From positions 1 to 64,000 of IMG/VR virus record IMGVR_UViG_3300042922_001182: a DNA stretch of 64,000 nt; one strand, written 5' to 3'. Below, in pieces: positions 25,654 to 35,533 of this stretch. The first letter of the stretch is position 1. Each line of letters begins with the position of its first letter. The translations under genes and the position numbers were made by a program. The notes beneath the pieces were generated by a model, which was given only the letters and a program-made list of their open reading frames with translations, had not been told where the DNA came from and did no database searches.

Positions 25654-26778
25654 CTAGATGACGACGCCACGGGCGGCCAGTAGGGTCTTCAGGGAGAGCC
25701 TCACCTGCTCGACCTCCGCCGCGCTCAGCTCCCGGTCGTAGACCAGGGCGTAGCAGCAGTAGTGGCCGGTGGTGGTGAACGACGACGTGACGCCGATCGT
25801 CCAGGAGCCCCCGACGGCGGCGATGGCGGGGGAGCCCGCCAGGGTGTCGGAGACCTGCACCGGGGCCCTGCTACCGGCGTAGACCTTGAAGGTCGACCCC
25901 TTCTTACGGGTAGCCGCTAGGAAGGCGGCTTGGCCCTGGACCATGACCTCTGCGGACAGGGCGGTGACCGTGGTGGTTCCGTCGCTGATGGCGGCCTGGT
26001 AGGCGTCGCCGGTGCCGGTGGAGAAGCGGATGGGGAACGCCTTGCCGGTGTTCCAGGAGCCGATGCCGACCCCCTTCGACCCCGCCACCAGACCGGTGGT
26101 CGGCCTGACGACGCAGATGACCGTGTAGTCCCCGGAGCCGATCGTCTTGAGGCGGTCGGAGGGGGCCACCAGGAGGCGGCTGGCGTTGGTGGGAAGCTGG
26201 ATGCCCGGGGTCCCCCATGTCGGGGACCCCTCGGCCTCGGCGATGTTGCCGACGCCGCTGTAGTCCAGGGCCAGGGTGCCGCTGCCCTCGGTGAGGGGGA
26301 ACTCGGCCACCAGGCCGGTCTTGACGATGTTGCTGTCGGAGTCGAACAAGCAGGGGTAGCTGACGAGCAGCCGATCGCCCTCGATGATCAGGCCGTCCAT
26401 GCCCAAGCCGGTCCAGGAGAGCTGCTTGACACCGGCCAAGTCCGTGACCTCGAAGTCCGAGGTCACGGGGTCCAGGGCCTTGTTCACCTGCTCCGGCCCC
26501 CCGGCCGGGACCACCCTGACGCCGCCGACGTTGGCCGGGGCCTTCGCCAGGGCGACCCGCTTGTTGGCGAGCACGGTGGCGGTGACAGGGACGAGCAGGC
26601 TGACGTTGCTCTCGTTCTTGGAGAGCGCAGTCTTGGCGGCTCCCGTCGACGACGACCTGAGGGTGCCGTCGGAACCCACGACGCTGACGTCGCCGGTAGC
26701 GCGGTTGACGACCAGCTCGCCGGGGACGGCGACGGCCGCCATCTCCAGCGGCAGCGGAACGAATCCTACTCTTCCCAT
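25654..26778 (-). CDS. Tail protein with C-terminal LamG-like domain
   Basis: GLVAEFPLTEGSGT...DYSG and YDRELSAAEV motifs. Confidence 0.75.
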   Translation of the reverse strand: MGRVGFVPLPLEMAAVAVPGELVVNRATGDVSVVGSDGTLRSSSTGAAKTALSKNESNVSLLVPVTATVLANKRVALAKAPANVGGVRVVPAGGPEQVNKALDPVTSDFEVTDLAGVKQLSWTGLGMDGLIIEGDRLLVSYPCLFDSDSNIVKTGLVAEFPLTEGSGTLALDYSGVGNIAEAEGSPTWGTPGIQLPTNASRLLVAPSDRLKTIGSGDYTVICVVRPTTGLVAGSKGVGIGSWNTGKAFPIRFSTGTGDAYQAAISDGTTTVTALSAEVMVQGQAAFLAATRKKGSTFKVYAGSRAPVQVSDTLAGSPAIAAVGGSWTIGVTSSFTTTGHYCCYALVYDRELSAAEVEQVRLSLKTLLAARGVVI

Positions 26779-26790
26779 TTTGCTTTCCTC

Positions 26791-29577
26791 CTATAAGATT
26801 ACCTCGACCAGGGACCCCGGGGCCGAGTAGCTGACGAATTCCTCGTTGTAGATCTGGACGGTTGAGATGGGCGCTGCGACCTGGGTCGGCCCCGCCCCGC
26901 TGGCGCTGGCGTCGAAGATGAGGTCGCCGACGAGCCCCAGGGAGGCGGCGAAGTTTGGATCGCTGGCGTCCAGGATCAGGTCCCCCGCCAGAAGCGGGTT
27001 GTCCGTGTCGCTGGCGTCCAGGTTGATCTGCGGGTGGCTGGTGGTACCGTGCCTCAGGAAGAAGGCCACTGACTCCTCGTCGAAGGGGGCGCTGGCAAGG
27101 TCCCTCTTGTTGACCGAGGCATCGTCCGCGACCGGCGTGACTGAGTTGTCGGAGACGTAGCCGTCCCTCCAGGGGTTGAGCCCCTCAGAGACGACGTCCT
27201 GGGCCTCTTTGCTCCTGTGACCCCTGACCACTTCGATCTTACCCTCGGTAAACCTGACAGACGCGGTAAATTGCGTCGGTACAGAACCGAGTGATGCCGC
27301 GATCGATTCCGAATCAGATAGCACATCGTCGTAGAGCACCGCGTAGGGGATGACGCCGTTGATTCGGGTGGTACCGGCAGTCAATCCTCCCAAGATGGCG
27401 TCTGTCAGGAGACCGGGTGCAAGGGCTCCGGTGTACTGCCCCGCGATGGCGCCAGCGATCGCCACCGATGCGCCGACCGGGCTCCACCGGAAGACCGCGT
27501 AGTACAGGGTGTCCGCTGCGAGCGTCACGCTGGTGGCCGCCTCTTTGAGCGCCGTGCCGTCGCTGACGCGGAATTGGAGCTTACCCGTGGAGTTGATCTG
27601 GGCGTACATGCCGGAGGCCTGAGAGGTCCCGCCCAGGTCGAGCAGGGGCACACTCACGGCCCGGGGAACCTGGAACGCGAGTATCACGGATCCCTTCTGG
27701 GAGTTTAGCAGCCCTTCAGTCGGGATGGACAGCGTTTCGACAGCGCGTGTCCCGGTGGCGGTGCTGGTGCTGGAAGACTTGTTCTCCGACTGAACCCCCC
27801 ATACCAACACGTCGAAAGCCGGGGTTCCGAGGGCCACTGCAAGTCGTACGGAACCAGCGCCGGAATTGGCGGGCGTTCCGGTGATGGAGTAAGGAAGATA
27901 CTCATCGGTCGTAGTAATAGTAGTTCCTACCACGACGTTATTGGCCGAGTCGTATAGGAACAAGCGAAGGCTGTTCGTTGACCCTGGTACGGTGCTCTTC
28001 AACCAGACGGTGGTGGTGTTTGCTGTCCCGGCCGTCAGTGCGACGCTCGTACGGCGATCGCCGTAGAGCGCGGGTGTGTAGACAAGACGACTAGCCTTCG
28101 GGCTTGTAGGCGTAGGGCCATCGGCGTAGTCTTTGGTAGTGGCAATCCCAGATCCAGCGGTGATCCACCCGGAACCTGTCAGATCGTAAGGACTGGCGAT
28201 CAAATTGACCGTCCCCTCCTCGATGAGCATACCCGTCACGTCTGATTGCGAGGGATCAACGAATCGGGGCTCGTCGACAGGGTACGAGACGCCGAACATC
28301 CACGCCACCGAGTTGCGGGCGAACCCAACCTCCGGTAGGACGTCATTGACGCCCGTGTGGTACTCCGCCGCAGCCTCAAGGGCGTCGGTGTGACCCGGCT
28401 TGAACAGGACCTCAAGCTCGTCGGATCCGTATGCTTCCAGCCTCACGACGTTGTCCGTCAGCGTCTCGACGTCCACCCTGCGGCCCTTCGAGAAGCCCCT
28501 GGCCGTCTTGGGGGTGATCGGGAGCGGGGAGCCATCCAGACCGAGGATGGCGTGCTCCTGGGAGGTGGCGTAGGCGGTGGAGCCGGTCGAGGGCTCGTAG
28601 GGCCTCCCCGTCTCGACCTCCAGCACGTCCTGGGGGTCGAGCATGCCCTTGAGGCGCAGCTCGGGGTACCAGTCGGTGCCGGTGTTCATCTTCACCCGGT
28701 AGTCGCGGCCCAGGGTGAGGCGCTCGCCGTTCAGCCAGACGTCCAGGTCCTCCTCCCTCTCGATGGGGAGGGGCAGGAGCTCGCCGTTGGTGCCGACCGC
28801 CTGGTGGAGCGGGAGGCGAAACAGCGGGTGCTTGACGTAGTCCGCACCGGGGTTGGAGACCGTGATTCGCTTGGCGTAGTACGAGCGCCTGTCGACGACG
28901 CAGACGCGAGAGCCTGACAGCAGGGTCTTCGCCACGATCACCTTGGAGAGCCCCGAGGGCCCTGACTGCACGGCGTAGTCCGTGCCACGGACCATGGGCT
29001 TGTAGTAGGTCTTACCCGGGGCCTTCAGGAAGGCCGTCAGCATGCGCGAGCTGCCGCCGATGTCCTGCACCTCCAGGACCGCGCCGGTAACCTCTGAACC
29101 GATGGAGAAGACGTTGTACCGTGGGGGCATGGAGTTGTGGTCCAGCTCTGCGATGACCTTGGGGGAGACCCCCATGCGGTCCGCGTAGGCGTAGATCCTG
29201 CAGCCACCCTGGGTGAAGCGGACGAAGTAGTCGAGCCCTTCGAGGAGCTTCTGCCCGTTCTCGAAGACCCTCGTGCGGGCCCTGCGACCGCTCCAGGACG
29301 CGGGGGTCGAGTTCTGGAGCGGGTACATGACCAGCGCCCTCCCCTGGGAGATGGCGCTCACCTCGACCGCGTCGTTGCCGAAGCGATCGGTGAAGGGGGT
29401 CTCGGAGCCGTAGTCGAAGGAGGCCACCACCACCGTCTTGGAGATCGCGTTTACCTCCCTGCGCAGCTGCTCGGGGCTTGGTCGGAATTCGGGCCTCTGC
29501 CCCATGGGGGCCGATGCCACCTGCGCGGGCTTCGTCAGCGAGGACTGGGCCCTGAAGGAGCTGAGGTAATCGGTCAC
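26791..29577 (-). CDS. Baseplate/tail structural protein with a LamG-like insert
   Basis: 928 aa; VWLNGERL..GRDY, IEEGTVNL, YDDVLSD motifs; lies in the tail operon. Confidence 0.7.
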   Translation of the reverse strand: MTDYLSSFRAQSSLTKPAQVASAPMGQRPEFRPSPEQLRREVNAISKTVVVASFDYGSETPFTDRFGNDAVEVSAISQGRALVMYPLQNSTPASWSGRRARTRVFENGQKLLEGLDYFVRFTQGGCRIYAYADRMGVSPKVIAELDHNSMPPRYNVFSIGSEVTGAVLEVQDIGGSSRMLTAFLKAPGKTYYKPMVRGTDYAVQSGPSGLSKVIVAKTLLSGSRVCVVDRRSYYAKRITVSNPGADYVKHPLFRLPLHQAVGTNGELLPLPIEREEDLDVWLNGERLTLGRDYRVKMNTGTDWYPELRLKGMLDPQDVLEVETGRPYEPSTGSTAYATSQEHAILGLDGSPLPITPKTARGFSKGRRVDVETLTDNVVRLEAYGSDELEVLFKPGHTDALEAAAEYHTGVNDVLPEVGFARNSVAWMFGVSYPVDEPRFVDPSQSDVTGMLIEEGTVNLIASPYDLTGSGWITAGSGIATTKDYADGPTPTSPKASRLVYTPALYGDRRTSVALTAGTANTTTVWLKSTVPGSTNSLRLFLYDSANNVVVGTTITTTDEYLPYSITGTPANSGAGSVRLAVALGTPAFDVLVWGVQSENKSSSTSTATGTRAVETLSIPTEGLLNSQKGSVILAFQVPRAVSVPLLDLGGTSQASGMYAQINSTGKLQFRVSDGTALKEAATSVTLAADTLYYAVFRWSPVGASVAIAGAIAGQYTGALAPGLLTDAILGGLTAGTTRINGVIPYAVLYDDVLSDSESIAASLGSVPTQFTASVRFTEGKIEVVRGHRSKEAQDVVSEGLNPWRDGYVSDNSVTPVADDASVNKRDLASAPFDEESVAFFLRHGTTSHPQINLDASDTDNPLLAGDLILDASDPNFAASLGLVGDLIFDASASGAGPTQVAAPISTVQIYNEEFVSYSAPGSLVEVIL

Positions 29578-29593
29578 GGTGTCCTCCTAATGG

Positions 29594-30532
29594 CTACCTG
29601 AGGATTCGGGTCACGGCGTTGTAGACGTCGGGGGAGACGTTACCGGCGACCTGCTCCACCTGGTAGTCCCTGGTGATGCGGGAACCGGCGAGGGCCCCGG
29701 CGAGGGTGTGGACGAGGGTCGGGAAGAACTCCACGGAGTAGACCGCGCCGTCGCCGTACATCTTCGCGTAGTTCTCCATGAAGCCCACGAAGGAGAGCCC
29801 CTGGAGGCCGTCGATGTGGGAGAGCTCGGCGAAGAAGCCGGGGAGGCTCCTGTACGCGTCGTCGCTGATCTGGGCACCGGCGGCGGACAGGGTGTTCTTG
29901 GTCGTGCCGTGCGTGGCGCAGTTCATCGCCAGCGACTCCGTGGTGTCGTTGTCGGACTTGCCGAGGACGTACAGCAGGAAGAACTTGGCGACCGAGTAGT
30001 GGATGATGTCCGACTTGAGGGCCTGGAGGTTGATGCCGTACATCCGGTCCAGGACCTGGCAGAACATCTGGGAGTACGCCTTGGAGGCGGACTTGAGGAC
30101 GTCCGAGTCCATGGTCAGCTTGTTCCAGTTCTCGTAGGAGCCGAGCAGGATGGTACCGGCCTGGAGGAGGCCGAACAGCACCCGGGGCTCGATGGTGAAC
30201 TGACCCTCTCGGTTCTTCGTGGTGAAGGCCCCGAGGTTCACGACCGCCTGGGCGTTGCCCGTTGAGGGCTCCCTGCGCAGGAAGGCCGGGATGGCCGTCG
30301 TGAGCTGGATCTTGGTGGGGTTGTAGATGAGCAGCGTGCGCCCCGAGTTCAGGTCGGAGAGCACCCTCTCCTTCAGGGCGAAGGACAGTCGGCGCTTGAT
30401 CGTCGCGAGTGCGTCGTCCAGCAAGCCGTCGGTCACCGCGTCGGCGGTCGTGTTCACGGACTGCATGGTCTTGACCAGCCCCGACTTGGAATCCATGAGC
30501 CGAAAGAGCTCAAGCTCCATCATGCTTCTCAT
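29594..30532 (-). CDS. Hypothetical late protein, first gene of the tail operon
   Basis: ATG30532 after GAAAGGAAG; late promoter at 30585-30596. Confidence 0.75.
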   Translation of the reverse strand: MRSMMELELFRLMDSKSGLVKTMQSVNTTADAVTDGLLDDALATIKRRLSFALKERVLSDLNSGRTLLIYNPTKIQLTTAIPAFLRREPSTGNAQAVVNLGAFTTKNREGQFTIEPRVLFGLLQAGTILLGSYENWNKLTMDSDVLKSASKAYSQMFCQVLDRMYGINLQALKSDIIHYSVAKFFLLYVLGKSDNDTTESLAMNCATHGTTKNTLSAAGAQISDDAYRSLPGFFAELSHIDGLQGLSFVGFMENYAKMYGDGAVYSVEFFPTLVHTLAGALAGSRITRDYQVEQVAGNVSPDVYNAVTRILR

Positions 30533-30584
30533 TATGGCACTCTTCCTTTCTCTCGTATCTTGACGCTTTGTAACGGTTTTTCGG

Positions 30585-30596
30585 TAATAACTTGTT
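30585..30596 (-). promoter_or_regulatory. Putative late promoter AACA-N6-TA heading the 23-kb tail operon
   Basis: Minus strand AACAagttatTA in an AT-rich divergent intergenic region. Confidence 0.65.
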
Positions 30597-30797
30597 ACCT
30601 CTGGTGAACGTGAACAGAGCTTGTAAGGAAACACCTAAGTATAAACCGAAAACCCCCTCAACAACACCAGAAGTAGACAGGTTTCCGAAACCCTATTCTA
30701 TATATTAGGAACGAACCGTACACCCACTTAGGGTATTCGCGCAGGGGTGCGCGGACAGAACCGACAACGTACTGCTGAAACTGCAAGGAGAAGCGGA

Positions 30798-31118
30798 ATG
30801 ATCAACATTTTCAAGGAACTCGTGGACGAGGCGAAGGAGAATCTCAAGAACGACGTCAAGAGGTTCGGGTGGGTCAGGGTCATGCTGCTGGAGCTGGTCG
30901 ACATCCTCTTCATCTCCCTCCTGTTCTACTGCTCGCACAGGGCGGGTAGCGACAACCGGATCGCCACCGCATGGGTCTGCGGCTTCCTGGCGGTCGTCGG
31001 CTACCCCCGCATCCGCAACGTCGTGACCAACCGGATCGGCAACGGTCCCCTGGCGTCGTTCTCCGTCTTCGCCTTCGGCCTCACCCTCCTGGGCTTGGCC
31101 GTCTACTTCGACCGCTAG
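30798..31118 (+). CDS. Three-TM membrane protein
   Basis: AAGGAG SD before ATG30798; three hydrophobic segments. Confidence 0.7.
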   Translation: MINIFKELVDEAKENLKNDVKRFGWVRVMLLELVDILFISLLFYCSHRAGSDNRIATAWVCGFLAVVGYPRIRNVVTNRIGNGPLASFSVFAFGLTLLGLAVYFDR

Positions 31119-31127
31119 GAGGTCCCC

Positions 31128-32261
31128 TTGAGCAAGATCCAGTGTATCCACATCGCCGACATCCACTGGGGAGCTGTCCCGGCCGCCAGGCTGTCCTACG
31201 AGCTGCACGAGGTGTTCTTCCCCTACGTCGAGAGCGTCGTCGACGACCTCGACTTCCTGGTCATCTGCGGCGACCTGTTCCACAAGAAGATCAACATGAA
31301 CGACCCGACCGGCAAGGCGGTGATCGACTTCATGAACTGCATCATGAAGCTCTCCCTGTCCTCGGCCAAGCGCTTCAAGGTCCGGGTCGTCAAGGGCACC
31401 AGGACCCACGACTTCGACCAGTGCGAGGTCTTCCGCTGGATGGAGAAGGAGCCCGGCTACGACTTCCGCATCATCAACCACGCTGAGGTCGAGGAGCTGT
31501 TCCCGGACTACTTCGTCCTCTGGATCCCCGAGGAGTACATGGAGAACCCCCAGGAGTTCTACGAGCCCTTCTTCAACCTCGAAGACGGCCAGAAGTACGA
31601 CAACGTCTTCTTCCACGGCTCGGTCGACTTCGTGCAGTTCGCTTCCTTCCTGGGCGAGAACAAGAGCGGCAGGGACGCCCCGTGCTTCCGGTCCGCCGAC
31701 CTGGAGCGCATCAGCCACGGCCACGTCCTCGGCGGCCACATCCACGGCGGCCAGGACTGGGAGGGCAAGATCTGGTACCCGGGGTCGTTCACCCGCTGGC
31801 ACCACGGCGAGGAGGACCCCAAGCGGTTCTTCCACCACATCTACGACATGGAGACCCTCACCTCCGAGCTCCTGATCGTGGAGAACCCCTACGCCCCCCT
31901 CTACGTGACCTTCGACATTGAGGACTACCTGGAGGCCAATGCCAGCATGGAGCAGAAGAAGGAGACCATTCAGGCCCTCCGCGATTCCTGCGACCACGCC
32001 AGGATCCGCCTCCCCGCCGAGGAGGCCGCCGACGCCGCCTCGATGGCGGTCCTCAAGGAGGCGTTCAGCGCCGACCGGACGGTCAGGCTGGACACCAGCG
32101 CCGCGTACAAGGCGGAGGTGGAGGAGCCGGAGGACGACCGCTACGCGTTCATCGTGAACAGGGAGCTCAGCGTCCCGGACACCATCAAGCGGTACATCCA
32201 GGAGAGCTCTGGTACCGTCATCACCAAAGCGCAGATCGAAGAGGCGATATCCCCCCTCTAG
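31128..32261 (+). CDS. sbcD: SbcD/Mre11-like metallophosphoesterase nuclease
   Basis: IADIHWG, CGDLFH, GTRTHD, FHG, GGHIH, YPGS motifs. Confidence 0.85.
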   Translation: MSKIQCIHIADIHWGAVPAARLSYELHEVFFPYVESVVDDLDFLVICGDLFHKKINMNDPTGKAVIDFMNCIMKLSLSSAKRFKVRVVKGTRTHDFDQCEVFRWMEKEPGYDFRIINHAEVEELFPDYFVLWIPEEYMENPQEFYEPFFNLEDGQKYDNVFFHGSVDFVQFASFLGENKSGRDAPCFRSADLERISHGHVLGGHIHGGQDWEGKIWYPGSFTRWHHGEEDPKRFFHHIYDMETLTSELLIVENPYAPLYVTFDIEDYLEANASMEQKKETIQALRDSCDHARIRLPAEEAADAASMAVLKEAFSADRTVRLDTSAAYKAEVEEPEDDRYAFIVNRELSVPDTIKRYIQESSGTVITKAQIEEAISPL

Positions 32262-32285
32262 GATTTTCGCGTCAGGGGCCCCGCT

Positions 32286-32297
32286 AACACCCTGATG
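32286..32297 (+). promoter_or_regulatory. Putative AACA-N6-TG promoter
   Basis: AACAccctgaTG, 43 nt before the helicase ATG. Confidence 0.55.
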
Positions 32298-32340
32298 ACG
32301 GCGGGGCCCACCGCCACCGCTAGAGACCAAGGGAGACGAG

Positions 32341-34065
32341 ATGAAGACCAAGAAAAAGCGACAGCAGGACATCAAGATCCGGTTCGACCTGTCGATCAAT
32401 ATCCTCGACCTGATGATCGGGTACATCCTGTCGGCCAACGCCAGCGTCACCAAGAAGTCCATGGTGAAGATGCGGGAGCTGTTCTACCGGCTGGACGACA
32501 GCTCGTTCGACGAGGACCGGCAGATGGAGGTCCGCATCTTCATGGTGAAGAAGCTCCTCAAGCGGTTCCTGGACGATCGGCTCACCGATCTCGACCTGCT
32601 GGCGCAGTCCATCCTGGGCGGCCAGTACGACGAGGACGTCCTGGAGGTCTACGAGCAGCTGAACGACTTCGGGGACCTGAGCAACGACGAGGTCCACTTC
32701 GTCGACAAGTGGGTGTCTGACCGCCTCGCCCACTACTACCTGTTCACCTGCCAGGAGGAGATGGATGACCTGATGATCCGCTTCAAGAGCGGCGACTTCA
32801 GCGACCTGGGAGAGTTCACCGACGAGTTCCGGGAGACGATCAGCGGGCTCCACGGCCTGATGCGCAACGCCCAGGCCCAGTCCAAGCACGCCAACGCGGA
32901 CTTCTCCACCGACTTCGACTCCCTGGCCCTCGCCGTGGACCAGACGATCACGGAGCTGAAGCGGCCGTCGAACGTCCTCAGGACCGGCGTCAAGGAGCTC
33001 AACCGTATGCTCGGGCCCGGCGGCTTCCAGGGCGGGCGCTCCTACCTGTTCCTCGCCATCTCCGGCGGCTGGAAGAGCGGCATGCTGCTCAACGCCTGCC
33101 AGTGGTCCCTCAGGTACAACCAGGGGCTCACGACGAAGGACCCCACCAAGCGCCCCGGTATCCTGCTGGTCTCCCTGGAGAACAGCACGGGTGAGACCAT
33201 CGAGCGCATGTACTCCTACTACGTCGGGATGGACAGCGACCTCAAGGACGCCGACCCGAACGAGGTGGCCCGTGCCATGCGCCTGGGCGTCCCGGACGAC
33301 GACAAGGAAGGACCCGTCCTTCTCGTCAAGTACCGTCCGAGCAAGTCGATCAACGTCGCGGACGTCGATGCGATGTGCGACGAGGCGGAGCTGGACGGCA
33401 TCGAGATCGTCGCGGTCGTCATCGACTACATCAAGCGCATCCGCTCCAACAACCCCGATCCGGAGCTCCGCATCGAGCTAGGCAACGCCATGGACGACAT
33501 GGCCTCACTGGCGAAGGCCCGCAAGATCCCCGTGATCACGGCCTCGCAGCTCAACCGCGAGGCGTTCAAGGTCATCGAGCAGATGGCCGACAAGAAGGTG
33601 GACATGGCGAAGCAGCTGGGCATGTCCCACATCGGCGAGTCCACCCTGATGATCGAGAACGCCGACTTCGTCGCAGTCCTGCAGCGCGAGACCCAGGCCT
33701 CCACGGGCAAGAAGTTCCTGACCGTGAAGAAGCTCAAGATTCGCGGCAAGGACACCCCCTCCAGCTACATCGCCCACCCGATGTACAACGACATGAAGCT
33801 GGAGGAGGACGTCGACCTCAAGGACAGCCTCAGCCTCAAGAGCATCGGCGACGGGCTGGCCGGGTTCGACCCTCAGACGCAGGGGCCCGGCGCCACCAGG
33901 GTTCCCAGCCCGGACGCGCCTTCCACAGGGGCCCCGCGAAGGGGCAACAGCCGCCTTCCCTCCATCAACCGGGTCCCCGCAGCGCCGACACCAACCGAGG
34001 CGGTGGCGACGGTTCCCAAGGCCACAGAGGACGACATCGAGGACTACTTCGAGGCCGGGGTCTAG
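32341..34065 (+). CDS. dnaB: DnaB-like replicative helicase
   Basis: TGVKELN, Walker A variant AISGGWKS, VSLEN, IDYIK, ASQLNR, ENAD. Confidence 0.88.
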   Translation: MKTKKKRQQDIKIRFDLSINILDLMIGYILSANASVTKKSMVKMRELFYRLDDSSFDEDRQMEVRIFMVKKLLKRFLDDRLTDLDLLAQSILGGQYDEDVLEVYEQLNDFGDLSNDEVHFVDKWVSDRLAHYYLFTCQEEMDDLMIRFKSGDFSDLGEFTDEFRETISGLHGLMRNAQAQSKHANADFSTDFDSLALAVDQTITELKRPSNVLRTGVKELNRMLGPGGFQGGRSYLFLAISGGWKSGMLLNACQWSLRYNQGLTTKDPTKRPGILLVSLENSTGETIERMYSYYVGMDSDLKDADPNEVARAMRLGVPDDDKEGPVLLVKYRPSKSINVADVDAMCDEAELDGIEIVAVVIDYIKRIRSNNPDPELRIELGNAMDDMASLAKARKIPVITASQLNREAFKVIEQMADKKVDMAKQLGMSHIGESTLMIENADFVAVLQRETQASTGKKFLTVKKLKIRGKDTPSSYIAHPMYNDMKLEEDVDLKDSLSLKSIGDGLAGFDPQTQGPGATRVPSPDAPSTGAPRRGNSRLPSINRVPAAPTPTEAVATVPKATEDDIEDYFEAGV

Positions 34066-34068
34066 GGG

Positions 34069-34080
34069 AACAACCCCATA
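34069..34080 (+). promoter_or_regulatory. Putative late promoter AACA-N6-TA
   Basis: AACAaccccaTA, 30 nt before GTG34111. Confidence 0.6.
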
Positions 34081-34110
34081 GACGAGTACCCCCAAAGAGG
34101 AGGAAGAACA

Positions 34111-34443
34111 GTGGAAAAGCAAGATATCACCGGCGCCGAGAGCCTTCGGGACTACCTCGTGTCCAAGGCCGAAGAGATGCAGGGCCCGCTTGACGAGCTC
34201 GGCGTCCTCAACGGAGACGGAGAGCTCGACGAGACCGCCCTGGATGCCCTGGATGAGGAGACTCGTCAGGGTGCGTGCTGCAACTACGCCGCCATGGTGA
34301 CCTACCAGGACGCCGTGGCGGCGTACGACGTCGCCGCAGAGGCGTCCAGCAGCGAGATCGAGGACCTGGACCTCGACGACGTGGGCGGCGATGACGAGGA
34401 GTACTCGGAGGAGTACTACGACGAAGGCGCCCCCATCCTCTAA
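34111..34443 (+). CDS. Small, highly acidic protein
   Basis: GAGGAGG SD; D/E-rich, 110 aa. Confidence 0.75.
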   Translation: MEKQDITGAESLRDYLVSKAEEMQGPLDELGVLNGDGELDETALDALDEETRQGACCNYAAMVTYQDAVAAYDVAAEASSSEIEDLDLDDVGGDDEEYSEEYYDEGAPIL

Positions 34444-34455
34444 GAGAAGCGAAAT

Positions 34456-34484
34456 GCACCAACGCCCCTAGCGGGCGTTGGTGC
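34456..34484. terminator. Hairpin between convergent genes
   Basis: GCACCAACGCCC-ctagc-GGGCGTTGGTGC. Confidence 0.75.
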
Positions 34485-34491
34485 TCTTGCT

Positions 34492-34938
34492 TTACTTCAA
34501 CGGGTCGATCGTGATGTCCGGGATCACGAGCGGCTCCTCCCTGCTGAGGGCGATCCGCTTCTTGGCACCCTCCAGGATGGAGTTCAGGACCTCCATCTTC
34601 TGGGGGTCGTACGCCTTGATCGTGTTGCCCGGGGTGAACTCGACCTTACTGGGGGCGTCGTTGGCCCACAGGATGAGGTACCACAGGTCCGCCGTGCCGT
34701 AGATCCTCTGGGCGATGACCTCCGGTCGGTGGGCGGCCTCCGGGCCGACGGTGTAGTCTACCAGGTTATTCATGATGAAGTCCATGTACTCCAGGAGGAT
34801 CACCTGGTCGTCCATCACCACCCCGTCGATCGACACCTTCTCGGAGATGTTGGTCAGAGTCAGCTTGTTGGTGCTGGCGTGCTCCACGGACTGGGTCAGC
34901 GTCATGAACCGGCTGCTGTCGTAAGCGCTTAGATTCAC
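34492..34938 (-). CDS. Baseplate wedge protein, T4 gp53/LysM-like
   Basis: RPEVIAQRIYGTADLWYLILWAN motif. Confidence 0.75.
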   Translation of the reverse strand: MNLSAYDSSRFMTLTQSVEHASTNKLTLTNISEKVSIDGVVMDDQVILLEYMDFIMNNLVDYTVGPEAAHRPEVIAQRIYGTADLWYLILWANDAPSKVEFTPGNTIKAYDPQKMEVLNSILEGAKKRIALSREEPLVIPDITIDPLK

Positions 34939-34948
34939 CTTGTTACCC

Positions 34949-35524
34949 TCACTTCTTGTACTCGTTGTAGATCAGCCTGATGTTGTCCATGTCCAGTTTA
35001 GGCCCCAGCTGGACGTCGTACCGGAGGCGGCTGGACGCCAGGGAGTCCCTCCACCCCGCCATCAGGCAGTCGTCCAGGCTCACGATCCTGCTGCGGTCGA
35101 GGCCGTACTCCTTGGCCATGGGGCCAAGCACCTTGTCGCAGAGGTGCTCGATCATGCGCCTCTCTGCCTGTTGGTAGGAGAAGTCGTCCCCCACCAGGAC
35201 GAGCAGGGAGTGGCGGTACCTCTCGTAGATCACGTAGTTGTCCGCCAGGTCGTCGATGAAGTAGCTCCTCTCGGTCAGGCCGACGCCGTTGAGGACCGCG
35301 TAGTCGTCCCCGATGAGCTCCGTGAAGAAGTGGCAGGGGACCGACCGACGCTTGAGCTCGACGTGGAAGTAGCGCTGCCAGGCGCCCCATGTGTAGACGT
35401 AGCTCCCCCCGAAGCGCACGTCCGGGCTGAGGTGGGTGGTGTTCTCGTAGAGGTTCCTCGCCTGGGAGATGATGATGTAGTCCGTCCTCATCCTGCCCCT
35501 GCGGTCGTTGAATATCTGGTACAA
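34949..35524 (-). CDS. Degenerate amidase-2-fold protein in the baseplate operon
   Basis: PCHFF..., SLLVLVGDDFS..., KEYGLDRSRIV pattern; Zn-binding His residues not evident. Confidence 0.45.
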   Translation of the reverse strand: MYQIFNDRRGRMRTDYIIISQARNLYENTTHLSPDVRFGGSYVYTWGAWQRYFHVELKRRSVPCHFFTELIGDDYAVLNGVGLTERSYFIDDLADNYVIYERYRHSLLVLVGDDFSYQQAERRMIEHLCDKVLGPMAKEYGLDRSRIVSLDDCLMAGWRDSLASSRLRYDVQLGPKLDMDNIRLIYNEYKK

Positions 35525-35533
35525 GGCTTCCTC

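Noticed and set aside
30699-30708. TATATATTAG as an early promoter for the sbcD operon
   Set aside because: Three differences from CACATATTAT in a generally AT-rich region; plausible but not supportable
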